From Podarcis muralis (Eukaryota): DNA of 64,000 bases. Position numbers and translations under genes: made by a program. Shown piece after piece: positions 23,790 through 37,581 of the stretch. The stretch's first letter is position 1; every line of letters begins with the position of its first letter. Where the stretch lies: contig NC_135667.1 of the NCBI RefSeq assembly GCF_964188315.1, forward strand, positions 16,492,001-16,556,000, given 5' to 3'. The notes under the pieces were generated by a model. That model saw only the letters and a program-made list of their open reading frames with translations, searched no databases and was not told the origin of the DNA.

Positions 23790-25130
23790 TCTTCTTAAAT
23801 TTGATCCCTCCCACAATTCAACCCGATCAAAGTGGTCCTTTACCCACATTACTAAGGGCACTTTCAGACTGCTGCTATTTTGGGGTGAGATTCAACCACA
23901 TACTGGCAAATTCAGGTTGCACCATTACAATGGAGAATATTTACCCAGCAATCACCTGACAGTTTGCAATAAGGAAAGTGATGGGGAAACAGACGGGAAA
24001 AGATGGGATAATGACATTTAACCTCCCCACAAACAAATCAGGATGAAAATAGCCAGTGTAGCCTCACCACCATGTAAACAACTCAGGATCATGTATGCTC
24101 AATAAGCATGCCATCTGGAAGCAGCCAAGAACTGAGAATTAAGCAATCTTTTTTATTCGGTCCACAAAAAAAAGTTTCATCTATTTCAGGTGTTTGAACC
24201 CCATGATGCTTTAAAGTAACCGGTGACCAACAACCCCCCCCCCCTTATTCCCAGAGAGACCAGGGCTAGTCAGGGCCAGTTGTAGCTTCATTTTCTTTTT
24301 AAAGACACTCTTAAGATTTTGTTTTTTAAAATTGTTCTTGCCTCTTCAAGTTCTTTGCTGCTGAAGTTCCGAGCTCCGCTGCTATGAAGTTACACTTGTC
24401 GATCCCTGAGCTATATTAAGCTCTCTTACAATACAGAACAGACGTTCTCTCCGTGGATCGACATCACCTCATTTTTATTTTATTTTTAAAAAAATCTCAC
24501 ACACCTTAAGAGTTTAAATAGAGTTGGTTTGATCTGCTTCACAGACAACATCTCTGTGTGGGGGGGAACTAGACTGATTGAAGGGGTTTTTGTAGCAGAC
24601 TTTGGACTGATCTCTGGAGTCGGAGGGAGGCTCAGGTGTTGAGAGCTTCCTCTGCCCCCCCCCCAAGTCATGCTCTCCCTCCCTCTCTGGCTAAAGCTGC
24701 CCCACCACCTTCAGATGACTCACTGGGTGGTGTCAGCGGACAGGCTGGTATGAACTAAGGGGACAGGAATGTGCAGCCAGCAAGGCCATAAGGGCAAGTG
24801 CAAGAAAAGAGAGGGAGAGGGTGAGTCACAGGGAGAGGTGGGGGGGGGGGAGAAGAGGAGAAAGGAAATTATGGGGGAGGAGGGGAGGACCCAGCCAAAG
24901 GCTTTTAAAGGACAGAAATCGGGAAGTGAAGAATAAAATTAAAGAAGAGAAGAGCCGGGAGATTGCAGAAGCATTTAATGGTTATGTGGCTTGGTTAATA
25001 AGCATTTCCTTACCTACAGGGCCTCCCCCTGCCGCAACTTGGCCGTCTTCCAAGTGATCCCAACGTCAGAATAAAGGAAGAACAAGTGAAAGCAGAGCGT
25101 TAGGAGACACAGCGTGGTAAAAAGAAGAAG

Positions 25131-25189
25131 AATCGAACCTGCAAGCTTGGCATTATCAGCACTATGCTCTAATCAACCGAGTTGAGCTA
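25131..25189 (-). pseudogene. Degenerate tRNA-Ile-like sequence (SINE head or tRNA pseudogene)
   Basis: TAGCTCAACTCGGTTGATTAGAGCATAGTGCTGATAATGCCAAGCTTGCAGGTTCGATT retains A- and B-box remnants but no intact acceptor stem. Confidence 0.5.
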
Positions 25190-26087
25190 TGAGCATCAAG
25201 AGAAAATTAAACCGAGGCTGCAGTCCTATATATGCAAGCAGGGTTTGTATGTATCATAGCCAGCATGTGTACAGACCCTCGTAATAATAGTAATAATTGG
25301 AGAAGCTGTAATAAGAAGCAACCGTAGCAAAGATGCCACTGCTCAGGGAATCAGAACAAGTTGCTGCCTGGTGTGCAAACGCTAATCTTGCGGGTGCTGC
25401 TGAGCCAATGTTACCAGGTGAGACAGTGCCACCAAAGATGAGGTGCCACCACTACTAAGGCCCCGCCGGCCGCCATTACCTGCCTGACATTTGAAGGTGC
25501 AGCTACGCAGAGCAGGGCCCCTGTTGACCTTTGAAAAGAACAGGCAGGTACACCTGGGAGACTGTAGCCTTCCAGGTACACAAGGGGGGATGGGAAACCT
25601 GGAAGAGGTCCTATGATGAGAGCTGGGGAGCTGGGAGGAGGCTTCTTACATCTAAGAAGCCTCTGGGTGAGATACGCCCCAGAAAGGTAATGGGGCGCAA
25701 GCACAATTTCCATGAGTGCAGGTAGTCATCCATTAGACGCTGTGCTTTGTCTGCGGAGGAAGCTAATTAAAGGCAATTACAACATCCAGCCCCAGCCTTT
25801 CAAAGTGCCGACAGCAGCTCATGCAGTCTCCCATCTGAGCAGCGGCCAAGTTGAGGCCTGCTCTGCTCCTAAGGAGAGAGCAACATCAAGGTGCCTTCAG
25901 GCTACGCTCTGGATGGAAAGGAAGACAGGAAACCACCCAAACAGCTGCATTCCCAACCATGCCCTCCCTCCCCATCCAAAGGGAAGGAAGCTCCAGTCAT
26001 TTCAAGTGATTTGATTCTGCACTGCGTATCTGGGACCACTCAAGGGCCAGAGAATGGCAGGGAAGAAGGGACTCTTTGGGGAAAATG

Positions 26088-26520
26088 TGTTGTTGTTTAG
26101 TCGTTTAGTCGTGTCCAACTCTTCGTGACCCCATGGATCAGAGCACGCCAGGCACTCCTGTCTTCCACTGCCTCCCGCAGTTTGGTCAAACTCATGCTGG
26201 TAGCTTCGAGAACGCTGTCCAACCATCTCGTCCTCTGTCGTCCCCTTCTCCTTGTGCCCTCCATCTTTCCCAACATCAGGGGCTTTTCCAGGGAGTCTTC
26301 TCTTCTCATGAGGTGGCCAAAGTATTGGAGCCTCAGCTTCACAATCTGTCCTTCCAGTGAGCTCTCAGGGCTGATTTCCTTAAGAATAGAGAGGTTTGAT
26401 CTTCTTGCAGTCCATGGGCCTCTCAAGAGTCTCCTCCAGCACCATAATTCAAAAGCATCAATTCTTTGGCGATCAGCCTTCTTTATGGTCCAGCTCTCAC
26501 TTCCATACATCACTACTGGG
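26088..26520 (-). mobile_element. BovB (RTE LINE) 3' fragment
   Basis: ORF MYGSESWTIKKADRQRIDAFELWCWRRLLR...TKSWTRLND and (CAA)n tail. Confidence 0.95.
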
Positions 26521-27160
26521 CAAGTATTTCCCCCTTTTTTTACAGAAGTGTCCATGATCAGGGGTGGGTCTACTATGAAGCTAAAGCTTCAGGGCCCCTA
26601 ATCCCAGAGGGACCCCAAAAGCGACTTATAAAATGATGGGTTTAGTAGACCCAATTTGAGTCGCACGGATTGTTTTTGTTGTTGTCTCTATTTCAACAAC
26701 CCCAAAGATTGGGAGTCAGTGGTGGTGATCTGTCATGGAACCCCCTTGAAGAAGGTAACACGGGTTACTCATACCTCATTGTTGGTTGTGAAGGGGCCCC
26801 CACAGCAGTTCAAGCTTCAGGACCCAAAAACTGGCTTTGCCAGTTGAGCTGTGCTGCCTTCTGGTTCCCCTCCTAGTCCAAGGAATGGGGACAATTCAGG
26901 CAAGTCAGACCTGCAGCCCCCCTGCCTGCAAAGTCCTTCTCATTCTCATCCACCTGACAGTGTTGTCATATGGCAAGGGACAGGGAACCCAATGGCCCTC
27001 TAGGTGTTCCTAGATGACATCTCTTGTCATCCCTGACCCACTGGCCTCGACTGATGGGAGTTGGAGGGCCACAGACCGCCCACTTCTGCTGTAAGGATTC
27101 CTCATTCATTATATACATAATGCTCCGAGCACTCAAATAATAATAATAATAATAATAATT

Positions 27161-27441
27161 CAGGCAGCTTCCCATTTACGCAGGGGTTACGTTCAAAGGC
27201 ACAACACGTTTAAGTGAAATTGTGTATATGGCAGACACCATTGAAAAAGCCTGCAAACGCCCTCTAAACCTCCGGAAACCCTTCTTAAAGGAAACCCTTT
27301 AAGAAACCAGCAGCACTCTTGGGATTGGACTTGCAAAGGCTCGTGGGATTGCTGGACGCTGTGTCTGCGCCGTTTTTGTTTGCCCCCTTAAGTGCCACTT
27401 CTGGGTGTGGGGTGACACACATGTAAATGGTGAGTTGCCCG
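27161..27441. mobile_element. Degenerate mariner-type MITE
   Basis: Imperfect TIRs CAGGCAGCTTCCCATTTACG / TGTAAATGGTGAGTTGCCCG. Confidence 0.5.
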
Positions 27442-29610
27442 CATAAAACGCTGTCGAGTATTCAGTCGTGCCGCCACACTTTCGTAACCGAAATAAAGCA
27501 CCCCTCGTTTCATCGATAATTAATTCTATTTTTTATTTAAATCCACAAACTCTGGTTCATGAAACGACATGCTGTTCCCCACCCCCCTCCCCTGTGCCTG
27601 AAAATCACACCCATAAAATTAAACGTTAGAGATATAAATAGCAGTGTCTCTCTGCTTGAGCACCAAGGGCAGAGGAGAAACAGGAAGAACTGAGGGTAGT
27701 GGGGTCTTGTGGCTCCTTGCGTCGTGGCCCAGCCACCGCGCAAGAGGCTCAGTTGAAAAGACAGTCCCTGCTGCTCTCCTGGAGAGCCTTAGCACCCAAA
27801 TAAGACTTCTCTATATACAGATAATCTAAGAATCACATTCATTGTTAGCCCTAAGATGCTCCGCAGCGGGAAACGGCACAGGCGATGCCGTGACCTTCCT
27901 AGCAAAAAGTGACCTAGCTGGGAAGACTTGGCAGCTGAAAAGCTCTCTCTGCAGCTGACTCCCCAGCATGAAATTTCATCTCCCCAATATGGGGCATTAA
28001 GATCGTGGGGCACCGGAGGGAAAAAGAGAGACATTTCCCCCACCCACCCATTTCGCTCCTCCCCTAACACTGAAAAATTTAGAGGGAGACGGATGTGCCG
28101 TTCCAAAGGGGGAAAACAAATACTTTTCCTTTCCTTTCCCGAAATGTACAGAAGGTTAAGAAGGCGGAAGACCTCCCCACACACCACGTTGCCCCCCCCA
28201 AGTGTGAGTGAGTGAGTCAGTGAGTCAGTTGGCATGTGTGCAAAAGTGTAAGGCCCCCGCAGGGCCAAAGGAAAACGTCCTGTCTGGATTCTTCAGGAAA
28301 AGTCAGAGGTAATGAAGAGGCTGGATTTATCTCTTCTCTTGCGCTTGAAATGTCGACCAAGATGATCTGTGGGGCGGGAGAGAAAAGAATGAATGTAAAA
28401 AATGGATTGTCAAAGGCCTGGAGACAAATTTGCTGACCTCCAGGTGTTATTCAAGTAAGAATGGAAGACGAGCCCTTGCAGGGTCAGGTCAGGGGCTCAT
28501 CTAGTTCAGCATCTTGTAAGATGCTGTAAGACAGAGTTGTTCCACCTGGCCTTTGGCTCAGAATCAGTTTGATTCCCTCCCCCTTTTTCTTTTTCCTTTC
28601 TCCTCCTATGATAAGATTGCTCCCTAATTGTTTTAATGTTGTATCTTAATCTTTTAAATTGTATTTTAGTCAACTTGTTTTTATTATTGGTTGTTAGCCG
28701 CCCTGAGCCTGGTCTTGGCTGGGGAGGGCGAGGTATAAATAAAAAATTATTTTTATTTTTATTATTTTTATTATTATCTTGTTCTTAAAGTGGCCACCCA
28801 GATGCTTGCAAGCAAGACCGAGAAGGCAGAGCGCTGCTTCCATGTAAAAATACATATTGTTAGAAGCAGGATTCAATCCTGTGCCTCCAAGTGAGAGCTG
28901 CAACTTGAGCCTAGCGCCTTAGGCCGCTCAGCCATCCTGGCTATAAGACTCCCATCATATCCAGGCTGGGGAAGGTGGGCTTAAGAGTGACCCAGGTCCA
29001 AAGCATACTGGGTAATTTTGGGCCGGACACCATCTTTCAGGGTATCCTATTTGCCAGAGCTGTTGTGAGGGTTAGAGAGCAGAGAGTTCCATTTACACTG
29101 CTCTGAGAAAGGGCAGGATTTATTTACTTCTCAAATAAAAAGACCCCAAGGGTTGAGATTTGAGAAACAACCACTCAGCTTGGCCAGGAGAGCTGGACGC
29201 TGAGAGGCTGGGTGGCCATCTGTCATAGATGCTTCAGTTCAGATTCCTGCATGGCAGAGCGTTGAACTAGATCACCGTCAGAATCTCTTCCAACTCTACA
29301 ATTCTGTGATCCCCAAAACTGAGTCTATGCCTTGTTAAAGAAAACCCTATCTGCAACCATCGGTCCTGCTAATTTAATAAATACTCCTGCAAACACACGT
29401 TGTCGTTTTCTCAAACCCAGTTTTGGGATTATGGGAATGGAGGAAGAGGAAAAGCCTGGAGACATTACCCAGCTTTCCCCCTACAGCTCTTGAGGACTAT
29501 AAACTTGGCTGTGTTTTTTTAAGTGAAAGATGCTAAGTTAATGCAACTGGCAGAAGTGAGTGGGGTAGGATGGAGCTGTGGTTACAGACTGGAAGCATCC
29601 GTTCTTACCT

Positions 29611-32600
29611 TCAGTGTATCAGCGATTCCTGAGCTGAATGGCCTCCAGTCTCTTCAATTGGTGCTGGAAATAGAGAAGGCAAAGTTTAGCCATAAGTGTG
29701 GGGGCGGGGGGGGGGGGGCTCTGCTGTCGAGATGCTCCCAAGAAAGACTCCAGTTTAGGGTTAGATAACGGGAAAGAAGTGACTTACTGGTGAATTTCTC
29801 CCGCCGTCGGCAGCGGGCGTAGATTATGATGCCACCTATCAAAACCGCCAGAGTTAAGGCGCCCAGAGATGCTCCCACCATAAGCCACATATTGAAGTTG
29901 TCTGGGAGTTGAGGGTCTCCGCCTGCCAGAGAGAAGAGAGAGGGAAGGGTTAAAATCAGCCTGATCCGCTTCTGATCCCAGCACTTCCTCCTGGGGCTCC
30001 CCTCAGAAGAGAGTCTCTTAACAATTTGAACCAGACTTGTCTTCAACAACATCCCCTTTTCCTTCCCGCTAAACCATTTCCCACAAGGCCAGTCGCTTGA
30101 CCCACGGCTGGAAGAGGAACGAAACGGTGCCAAAAATAAAAAGTTGCAAATCTCAGCTTCGAATTCAGGCTGGGGGATGTCGCTGATCTTTTTCTTTTCA
30201 AGCCGCAGGCTTTTTGGGGACCAGATTTCAGCACACACTTATGCCAACTGGGGGGGTGCAGGAAGAAGAGAAGCAAAACAAACCCCCAAACAAAAAAAAT
30301 AATGTTTTTCAAATTCTCTTTCTATGTATATTTGAAATTTGTTCCTTCTTTCTCTGGATTCATGCCAGCTTTTATGTACCCACCATACACACACAGGCAC
30401 AGAGTCCTGCAGCCTTCAGTGTCAGTGTGGTGTAGTGGGTAGAGAATGTTAGATTAGGGCCCGGGTTCGAATCTCCATTCAGCCATAAAGCTTGCTGGGT
30501 GGAGGGGTGACACCCAGGCCCATCACTATCTTATAGCCAGAGCTGTTGTGAAGGCAATGGAAGGAAGGGCATGGAATAGAGAGGGGTTCGGTGCAGATCA
30601 CCCTTGCAGGTGGAAAGCTACCATTCCTGGTTTCCTGCCCTTAGTCCCCTTCCACCCCCCCCCCAAAAAAAAATCCCGGTTCTACTCTCACAAATGGCTT
30701 GTCGATATAAGAAGTCAACGCAGCTGGAGCAACCCAAGGTTCCCGCCCCAATGCATGGTGGGTAAGGGTAGCTGTCAGCCACTCACATGTGGTGCAAAAG
30801 TCATTCTTGTTTTGACGCTGGCAGACAGAGCAGTCCATGCATTTTTCCAGGTCTGGGCTCCAAGACTGGCCTCCGGGGCACACGGAAGCTGGGGGGGGGG
30901 GGGAGAGAGAGAAAAGGAAAATTTAGGCAGGAGCCTCTTGGCTGTGGAAGCACGGACATCTGTATCAGCCTAAAATTCCTCACAGGGTTGTGAGGATAAA
31001 ATGGGGAGAGTTACATATACCACCTTGAGCTACTTTGAGGAAAAAGTTGTTGTTGTTAGGTTGTTGTTATGGCTATTATGGCTATTATTATGGCTGGGTT
31101 TCCCAGCCACTCTGGGTGGCTTACAGCATACAGTGGTACCTCGGGTTACAGACACTTCAGGTTACAGACTCCGCTAACCCAGAAATAGTGCTTCCGGTTA
31201 AGAACTTTGCTTCAGGATGAGAGCAGAAATCGTGCTCCAGCAGCGCAGCGGCAGCAGGAGGCCCCATTAGCTAAAGTGGTGCTTCAGGTTAAGAACAGTT
31301 TCAGGTTAAGAACGGACCTCTGGAACAAATTAAGTACTTAACCCGAGGTACCACTGTATATAAAAACATAATGAAACATCAAACTTGAAAAACATGAACG
31401 TTGCTAGTGTATACAGGTGTTTTGGTAAGTCACATCCAGCAGGTTTATACCACTGTAAGAGTCATGACTCCCCCCAGTGCAAGAATCCTGGGAACTGTAG
31501 TTTACCCACATACAGAGAGCTACAATTCCAAACACCCTTAACTATGGTTCCCAGCAAAGGTGCCAACTTGAATAAAATATGGGGGGGGGGGGGCAGGTAA
31601 GCCCTGCCCCACATAATTGATCACATGATGTGACACACACTATTTGAATGGAAATGCCCATCAACTTTCGGGGGGGGGGAATGGCCCCCTCAAATATTTT
31701 AGGGGGGTGGCGAAGGACCTCAGCCCCTAGGAGTTGGCTCTATGTTCCGTGGGGGGGAAGCCATGGGTGTTAAAGTGGTATGAAAGTGCTTTAAATGGAT
31801 GGTGTGGATGTGACATCCGTGTTGGCAGGCTCTGCTGCCCTCCCAAACCAGCTTGGAAAGGCTATAATCCAGGGAGAAATGAAGGGGTTTGGGGGGGGGC
31901 GGGATTCGCAAACAGGCTTCTGTGGAAGCCAGGCCCGCTGGGCTCATTGCAGCCTCTGGACTCCAGAGCAAATCGCGGCTTAGGAGGAGCGCGCTGTAAA
32001 AGGAGCCGGGATGGGAGGGAGAGAAAGACGATTAGGAGGAAGCTGAATGAATGAAAGCGACCAAGCGACAAGTCAGAACATGAAGACGCTTAACAGCTGA
32101 ATGAAAAAGAAGAAAAAGATCCATACACGAGGCTCTCCTGTCCCTCCCTCCCTCCCATGACATGAGGGTCTATTTCCAGAGGGGTAACGTCAGTAGGGAA
32201 AGGGGTGTCGTGTTTCGCCCCGAAACCTGAACCAGACCCGAGCAGCAGCAGGAGAGCATCGGGGGGTCAAGACTGAGAGCATCACGTGGCGAAGTTGTGG
32301 CGCGGGGGAGGGCAAGGACCCCCCTCCCCCCTTTCAAGTGACTTCATTGATAAAATATGCCCCGTGCAAGCGAGCAAACAGATGGCGCCGGGCCCAGAAG
32401 TGGAACGAAAGAGAAGGGGGGGCGGAGCCGGTGGGTGAGTCACCATGTGGGTCGCCTGATGCAGCGGACGTCAGATTTCGCTCTCCCCACCCCCCAGGCC
32501 CCCAATTGTCCGCTGCCCGGATCCTGCTCTCCTGTCCCAGTTTTCTCACTTGTGACTCGCGGGGAAAAAGGAAACTTTCACCCGCAAGGCAGCCAATGGG

Positions 32601-33505
32601 GAGGCGGCGCTGGCCGAGGGGGCGTGGCACCGAACTCTTGGAAATTCCAACGCGGACCAGGCTCGCTTCTGCCATTGATCTTCTTTTCGCGGGGGGGGGG
32701 GGCTCCGCGCCATTAACTCGCGGAAATCGTGAGTGTCGAGTGCGCCTCTGGGCATGGGCAGACGGCCTTCCCTTTCCTAGGCGGGCTAGAACCCCGCCCC
32801 CTCTCCCCATCGCCTCTGCTGTGGATTAAGCCGGGCTGGGGGGATCCGTTCCAAACATTGGACTCGTCACTTTCCCTGTCCCCGCAGGTATGTGTCGTTG
32901 GCAGCTCCGCTACAGGCAAACATTCAACAGGTCGAGCCCTCTCAGACGCGAATGGTTTAAAAGGTTGCACCTGTTGAAATTCTGCCTGGAGAGCAACTGT
33001 TAGAGAAGCACAAGAGAGGGCGGCAGCTTTACACCCACGCAGAGGAAGGGATGGCAACGCCGCTACGTCTAGACACAGGGCTGTTGAACGGAGTTCTGTG
33101 TGATTCGAAAGCTGACATACTCGCTTGGCCCCCTTCGTATCTGCTAACCATCCCTAGCCCACCCCGTCGTCAAAGATCCAGTATTCTCAGGTAGGGCTGG
33201 GACAACGGAGAGCCGCTACACTGTCAGTGTAGACAGTAGTAAGATCGATGGACTAGCAGGCGGCAGAGGAAGTTCAACCGGTGCAGCCTCCCCATCTCCA
33301 TGCCCGGGAGAAGAATGTTCACCTCCTTGCCTCCTGCCCGCCTTGGCTTTACAGCTGTGAAGGCGGCTGGGTGAGGCGACACCACTCCAGACCATCCCAC
33401 CCCGCCGCTTCCGGAGACCTCTTTACCTGGAACCGGCTCTCCCGAGGCTATCCTGCAGAGGAAGGGGAAAAGCCCCACCAGGACGGCTCCCAAAGGCAGC
33501 AGCAT
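29611..33505 (-). CDS. TNFRSF12A: TNF receptor superfamily member 12A (Fn14/TWEAK receptor), 122 aa
   Basis: Exons at 33505-33427 (signal peptide), 30888-30787 (six-Cys CRD CPGGQSWSPDLEKCMDCSVCQRQNKNDFCTTC, last Cys split across the intron), 29922-29788 (TM plus RCRRREKFT) and 29663-29611 (TPIEETGGHSAQESLIH*, TRAF-binding PIEET). All introns are phase 1. Confidence 0.97.
31131..31356 (+). mobile_element. Tigger/pogo-like MITE, family A, in TNFRSF12A intron 1
   Basis: Same TIRs and TA TSD. Confidence 0.9.
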
Positions 33506-33900
33506 CTCTCGACAGCTCTCCCTGCCTCCGAGGATGAAGAAAAGGAGCGACTGAACCGCTGGTCTGTCTGTGACTCAGCTCCAAAGACTTTCCTCGGCTC
33601 ACTATAGAGACGCCCACGCAGATCCGGAAGGCCAGGATTGGCGGGCAAGGAGCCAGGACTCCTGGGTTCCATCCTTTGATCTGGGAAGGGGGCGAGGGAG
33701 GCGGGGGGGGGGGGCGCTGTCTAGCAAGTTAAAGCAGGAAAAGCTCAGAGCGAGAAATTGTGGATTTTCTGGGCAGGGCAACGAGTCGCCTGGATTTAAC
33801 CGGGGACTGGGAGGCGGGAGAGCTGGGTGCCAGGACGCCTGGGTTCCCCAGAAGGAGGGTCCCGCTGAGGTTTTGGGTTTTTCCTTTAACCCAGAAAAAC
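32200..33900. promoter_or_regulatory. CpG island over TNFRSF12A exon 1 and intron 1 with promoter and enhancer motifs
   Basis: High CpG density. CACGTG at ~32283, TGAGTCA at 32436-32442, CCAAT at ~32593 (+) and ~33640 (-), GC box GGGGCGTGGC at ~32620, TTTCGCGG at ~32685. Confidence 0.75.
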
Positions 33901-35411
33901 AAACCCTACAGCCTGTTTCATGCTGCTCCTTGATTTTGTGGCTTTTAAGTTTATTATGCTTAGGGGTTTTCTTTCAATAGGTACACTTTGCTTTATTCCT
34001 TTTGGAAACCGCCCGGGGAATATGATCGAAGGGCGGTATAAAAATATTTCTAATAAGTAGACGTTAGATCAAAGGGGATATGTCAGAAGCCGAAAGCTGC
34101 TCTGAAATGACTGCGGTTGTTTGTTTTAATAAGGTTACTTTAAAAGCGCGCGGGGGGGGGGGAGGGGAGCGGTGCATAGAGAATGAATGAATACAAAGAG
34201 CTCCTGTAGGAAACGGCAGGGGGAAGGAGGTTGGGAGGGGATAGTATTGGGTTAAAGGAAATAACTGGGGCTTCTGAGTTCTTTGGAAAACTCCGTCTCC
34301 GGGACTGTCTGGTCTGAGAGGTTTAGTCAGTCGCTAAACGAATGGAACCACTCTCGTTAGAAGCACGACTGCTGCTGCTTGTTTTTTACCCCAGCGCAAG
34401 TGGAAACAAATTGAAGGAGATATTTTGGAGAAGCCACCCTAGAGGAGCCTTGTGGTTACTGGGTGGCGATGAAAAGACATTCTGTACATGCTTAAGAGGC
34501 ACCCTCGTCTTCATTCATTCAGACTTTCCTCTGCTGGATTCTGGGAACTCTGAGCAGGTTTGGGGGGGGGTGTCCAGGAAGTAGCCTCCCTAAATTCTCT
34601 GGAAATCGGGGAAAAGAAACCACTTGGTTAGAACATCCTGGCTTTCAACACTCAAAAGTTCCCCTTTCTTCATTACACGTTTGTATCACTTTTTCAAAAT
34701 TAAAAATACTAAAGTAGGAGAGTATGTATGTAACTTTGAAACTCTCACATTTCTGGGTTCAGAAATGCATATTTGCCCCTCTGCATTCCAAAGGAAATAA
34801 CTGGGACATGTGTTTTACATTAAGCAAATTTCTTTTTTTTAAATAAAGTGGAAGCCGTTTCCCTGGCTGTTCCACTAGTGCCAAAGGTGCCCCCGCCAAC
34901 TCATGTTTGAAATCCTGACTTTGCCATGCACGGTTTCTCCCAACACCCCCCCCCCCCAGGAAAGACACATCTATGCTTTGGGTGTCCTAAAAGTGTTCAT
35001 TTTAGGTTGCCACACAACATCTGACTTCCACAGTGCAGAAATGCCCTGGATTTCAATAGGCAGGAGACTCTGGCGAGATGGTTGTGCAATCCAGGAATTC
35101 CCCAGTGAAAGAGGACATGGTGGGGGTGGGGATGTCTGCCTGCCAAAGAGCTACTACAACCAGCAGGCAAGTCCAGTACTTGGTATACCCTCATCTTAGT
35201 GCATACGAACAGCCAGAGCTTAATTGGATGAAAGCCATTTAAAATGTAGAGGTGGGGTCTGCGATTTAAATCTTTTGCTCTGCCGCTGCTTAATAACCAC
35301 AGCTCTCCCCAGGTTATGCCTTCATAGGATGCTAGCCTGAGGGCATGTTTACCAGCCCCGGTACTGACTACTCCAAAGATGGGGGAAATTACCTTCCAGG
35401 TGTTCCTGGAC

Positions 35412-36002
35412 TCAGTGCCGGATTTATGTATAAGCTAAACAAGCTATAGCTTAGGGCCCCACTCTCTTGGGGCCCCCCAAAAAAAATTTAAAGGAAAAAA
35501 ACACCTGGATGTACATTTCCAAAATATAACACAAAAAACCAAATAAAATAAAACATGCATGCAGCAACAGTGTTTTGTGTTGTGTAGGCTCCTATGGTGT
35601 AAGTCATGGGTAGGCAAACTAAGGCCCAATCGCTGTCTCAAATGGCCTGTGGACAGTCCGGGAATCAGCATGTTTTTACATGAGTAGAATGTGTGCTGTT
35701 ATTTAAAATGCATCTCTGGGTTATTTGTGGGGCATTTTTTCCCCTCCAAAACACAGTCCGGCCCCCCACAAGGTCTGAGGGACAGTGGACCGGCCCCCTG
35801 CTGAAAAAGTTTGCTGACCCCTGGTCTAAGTAATGGGCCCTGCCTGCTAGCCTGCTCCCTAAAATATCACTGGTTAGATACCCATTAGATCCATAAATTA
35901 CCATATAGCATATATTTAACACAAAAAACAGCGATAATTTAAAAGGACATATAAAAGGCCCTTTATATGTAGCTTAGGGCCTCATCAAACCTAATCTGGC
36001 CC
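35412..36002. mobile_element. Nested hAT-type MITEs
   Basis: Outer ends CAGTGCCGGATTTA / TAATCTGGCCCTG. The inner element ends AAAGTTTGCTGACCCCTG at ~35823. Confidence 0.55.
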
Positions 36003-36289
36003 TGCCTGGACTCCATCTCCTATCAGCCCCCACTATCCTTGGAGTTGAAAGCCAGCAACATTCGGAGGACCACAGGGTCCCTGTGGCTGGACTCTTCCCT
36101 GACTGACAGGGACTCTCCAGATAAGGTGGGAAGGCCGAGAGCTCGGTGGCAGAGCCCATGCCTTGCAACTAGAAAGTCCCAGGTTCAGTCTCTGGCATCT
36201 TCAGGTGAGAAAGCTGCTGCCAGGCTGGGCAGATGTGGTCTGCCCACTCTTTAGGTTGGTCTCCGCCAGCATAAGGGTGAATTCTTCCA

Positions 36290-37275
36290 TCAATGGTATT
36301 TCTTTTTTTTAATTGATTTTACAAATATAGAATATTAACAATACAACCATACACATCCACATTAAAACATTCCTCCGAATCTCTGGACTTCCCACTTTCC
36401 CCTCTATGGGTCCTATTGTTAATCTTTTCAACTGCATAATTTTCAGAAGCCCATATTTTATATACAGTGGTACCTCAGGTTAAGTACTTAATTCATTCTG
36501 GAGGTCCGTTCTTAACCTGAAAATGTTCTTAACCTGAAGCACCACTTTAGTTAATGGGGCCTCCTGCTGCTGCTGTGCCACCGGAGCACGATTTCTGTTC
36601 TCATCCTGAAGCAAAGTTCTTAACCTGAGGTACTATTTCTGGGTTAGCGGAGTCTGGAACCTGAAGCATATGTAACCTGAAGCATATGTAACCTGAAGCG
36701 TATGTAACCCGAGGTACCACTGTAACTCCATTGTCTCCATAGTACTTGCTACATTCCAAGTGTTATTGCAATCCTGCTAAAGTTTTCATTTGCTTACAGT
36801 GGTCTCCAAATAAAATTATATTTTTCCCCCCCATTCTTTGTTCAAGTTTTGTTCTTCTTGGTTCCTGAGCTTTCTGGTCAGTTTTGCCATTTCGGCATAA
36901 TCCAACAGTTTAATTTGTCATTCTTCTCTGGTAAGGAACTATATCTTCTTTCCATTTCTGGGCTAGGAGCATCCATGCGGCTGTCGTCGCGTACATAAAA
37001 AGTCTTTTCTGTTTCCTTGGAATATCAGCACCTACAATTTCTAATAGAAAAGCCTCTCGTTTTGTTATTTTTAAAATAAAAGTTAGTTTGGACATTTCCC
37101 CCCAGCTCACTATATATAATTTCCCAGAATGCTTTGATTACCTTACAAGACCACCACATATGATAAAAGGTGCCTTCTTTTTCTTTACATTTCCAGCAGA
37201 TATTTGTACCTGTCTTACACCGTTTTCCTAACTTACGAGAAGTCAAATACCATCGGCACATCATTTTCATAAAGC
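36290..37275 (-). mobile_element. L1-clade LINE 3' fragment, interrupted by a MITE
   Basis: ORF2 C-terminal Cys/His motif CWKC...GTFYHMWWSC followed by FMYATTAAWMLLAQKWK, with frameshifts. Confidence 0.8.
36465..36722 (-). mobile_element. Tigger/pogo-like MITE, family A, nested in the L1 fragment
   Basis: Same TIRs and TA TSD. Confidence 0.9.
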
Positions 37276-37581
37276 CACCTGTGGTATTTTACACTGACAT
37301 GTTTCACTCACATTGCAAAGGCAGGATCTCCCTTCTGCTACCCAGGCTGTGGGGAGGCAGGGATCTTATGGGCACATGTGGTGGAGTCGTGCCAAAGTTC
37401 AGAAATTCTGTGATTGAGTGATTACAGAAATCAGTTCACTTATGGGGTCCTGGACCCTAAACTGTGTATTTTTTCCTAATTTCGATCGAGGAAATGTGGA
37501 TCTTTTATGTGAACAGTTAATGGTAGATCCCTTGGTACCCCCTCGATTAGTAATCCTCAGGGCTGAAAAGATACATCCTGC

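Noticed and set aside
27789-28268. 159-aa minus-strand ORF downstream of TNFRSF12A, considered as HCFC1R1 or an extra exon
   Set aside because: No DHPY motif or other homology and no convincing splice pair. HCFC1R1 would be expected upstream of THOC6, outside the window.
32334-32829. Overlapping 119-163 aa ORFs in the CpG island
   Set aside because: GC-rich sequence is depleted of stop codons; there are no recognisable motifs.
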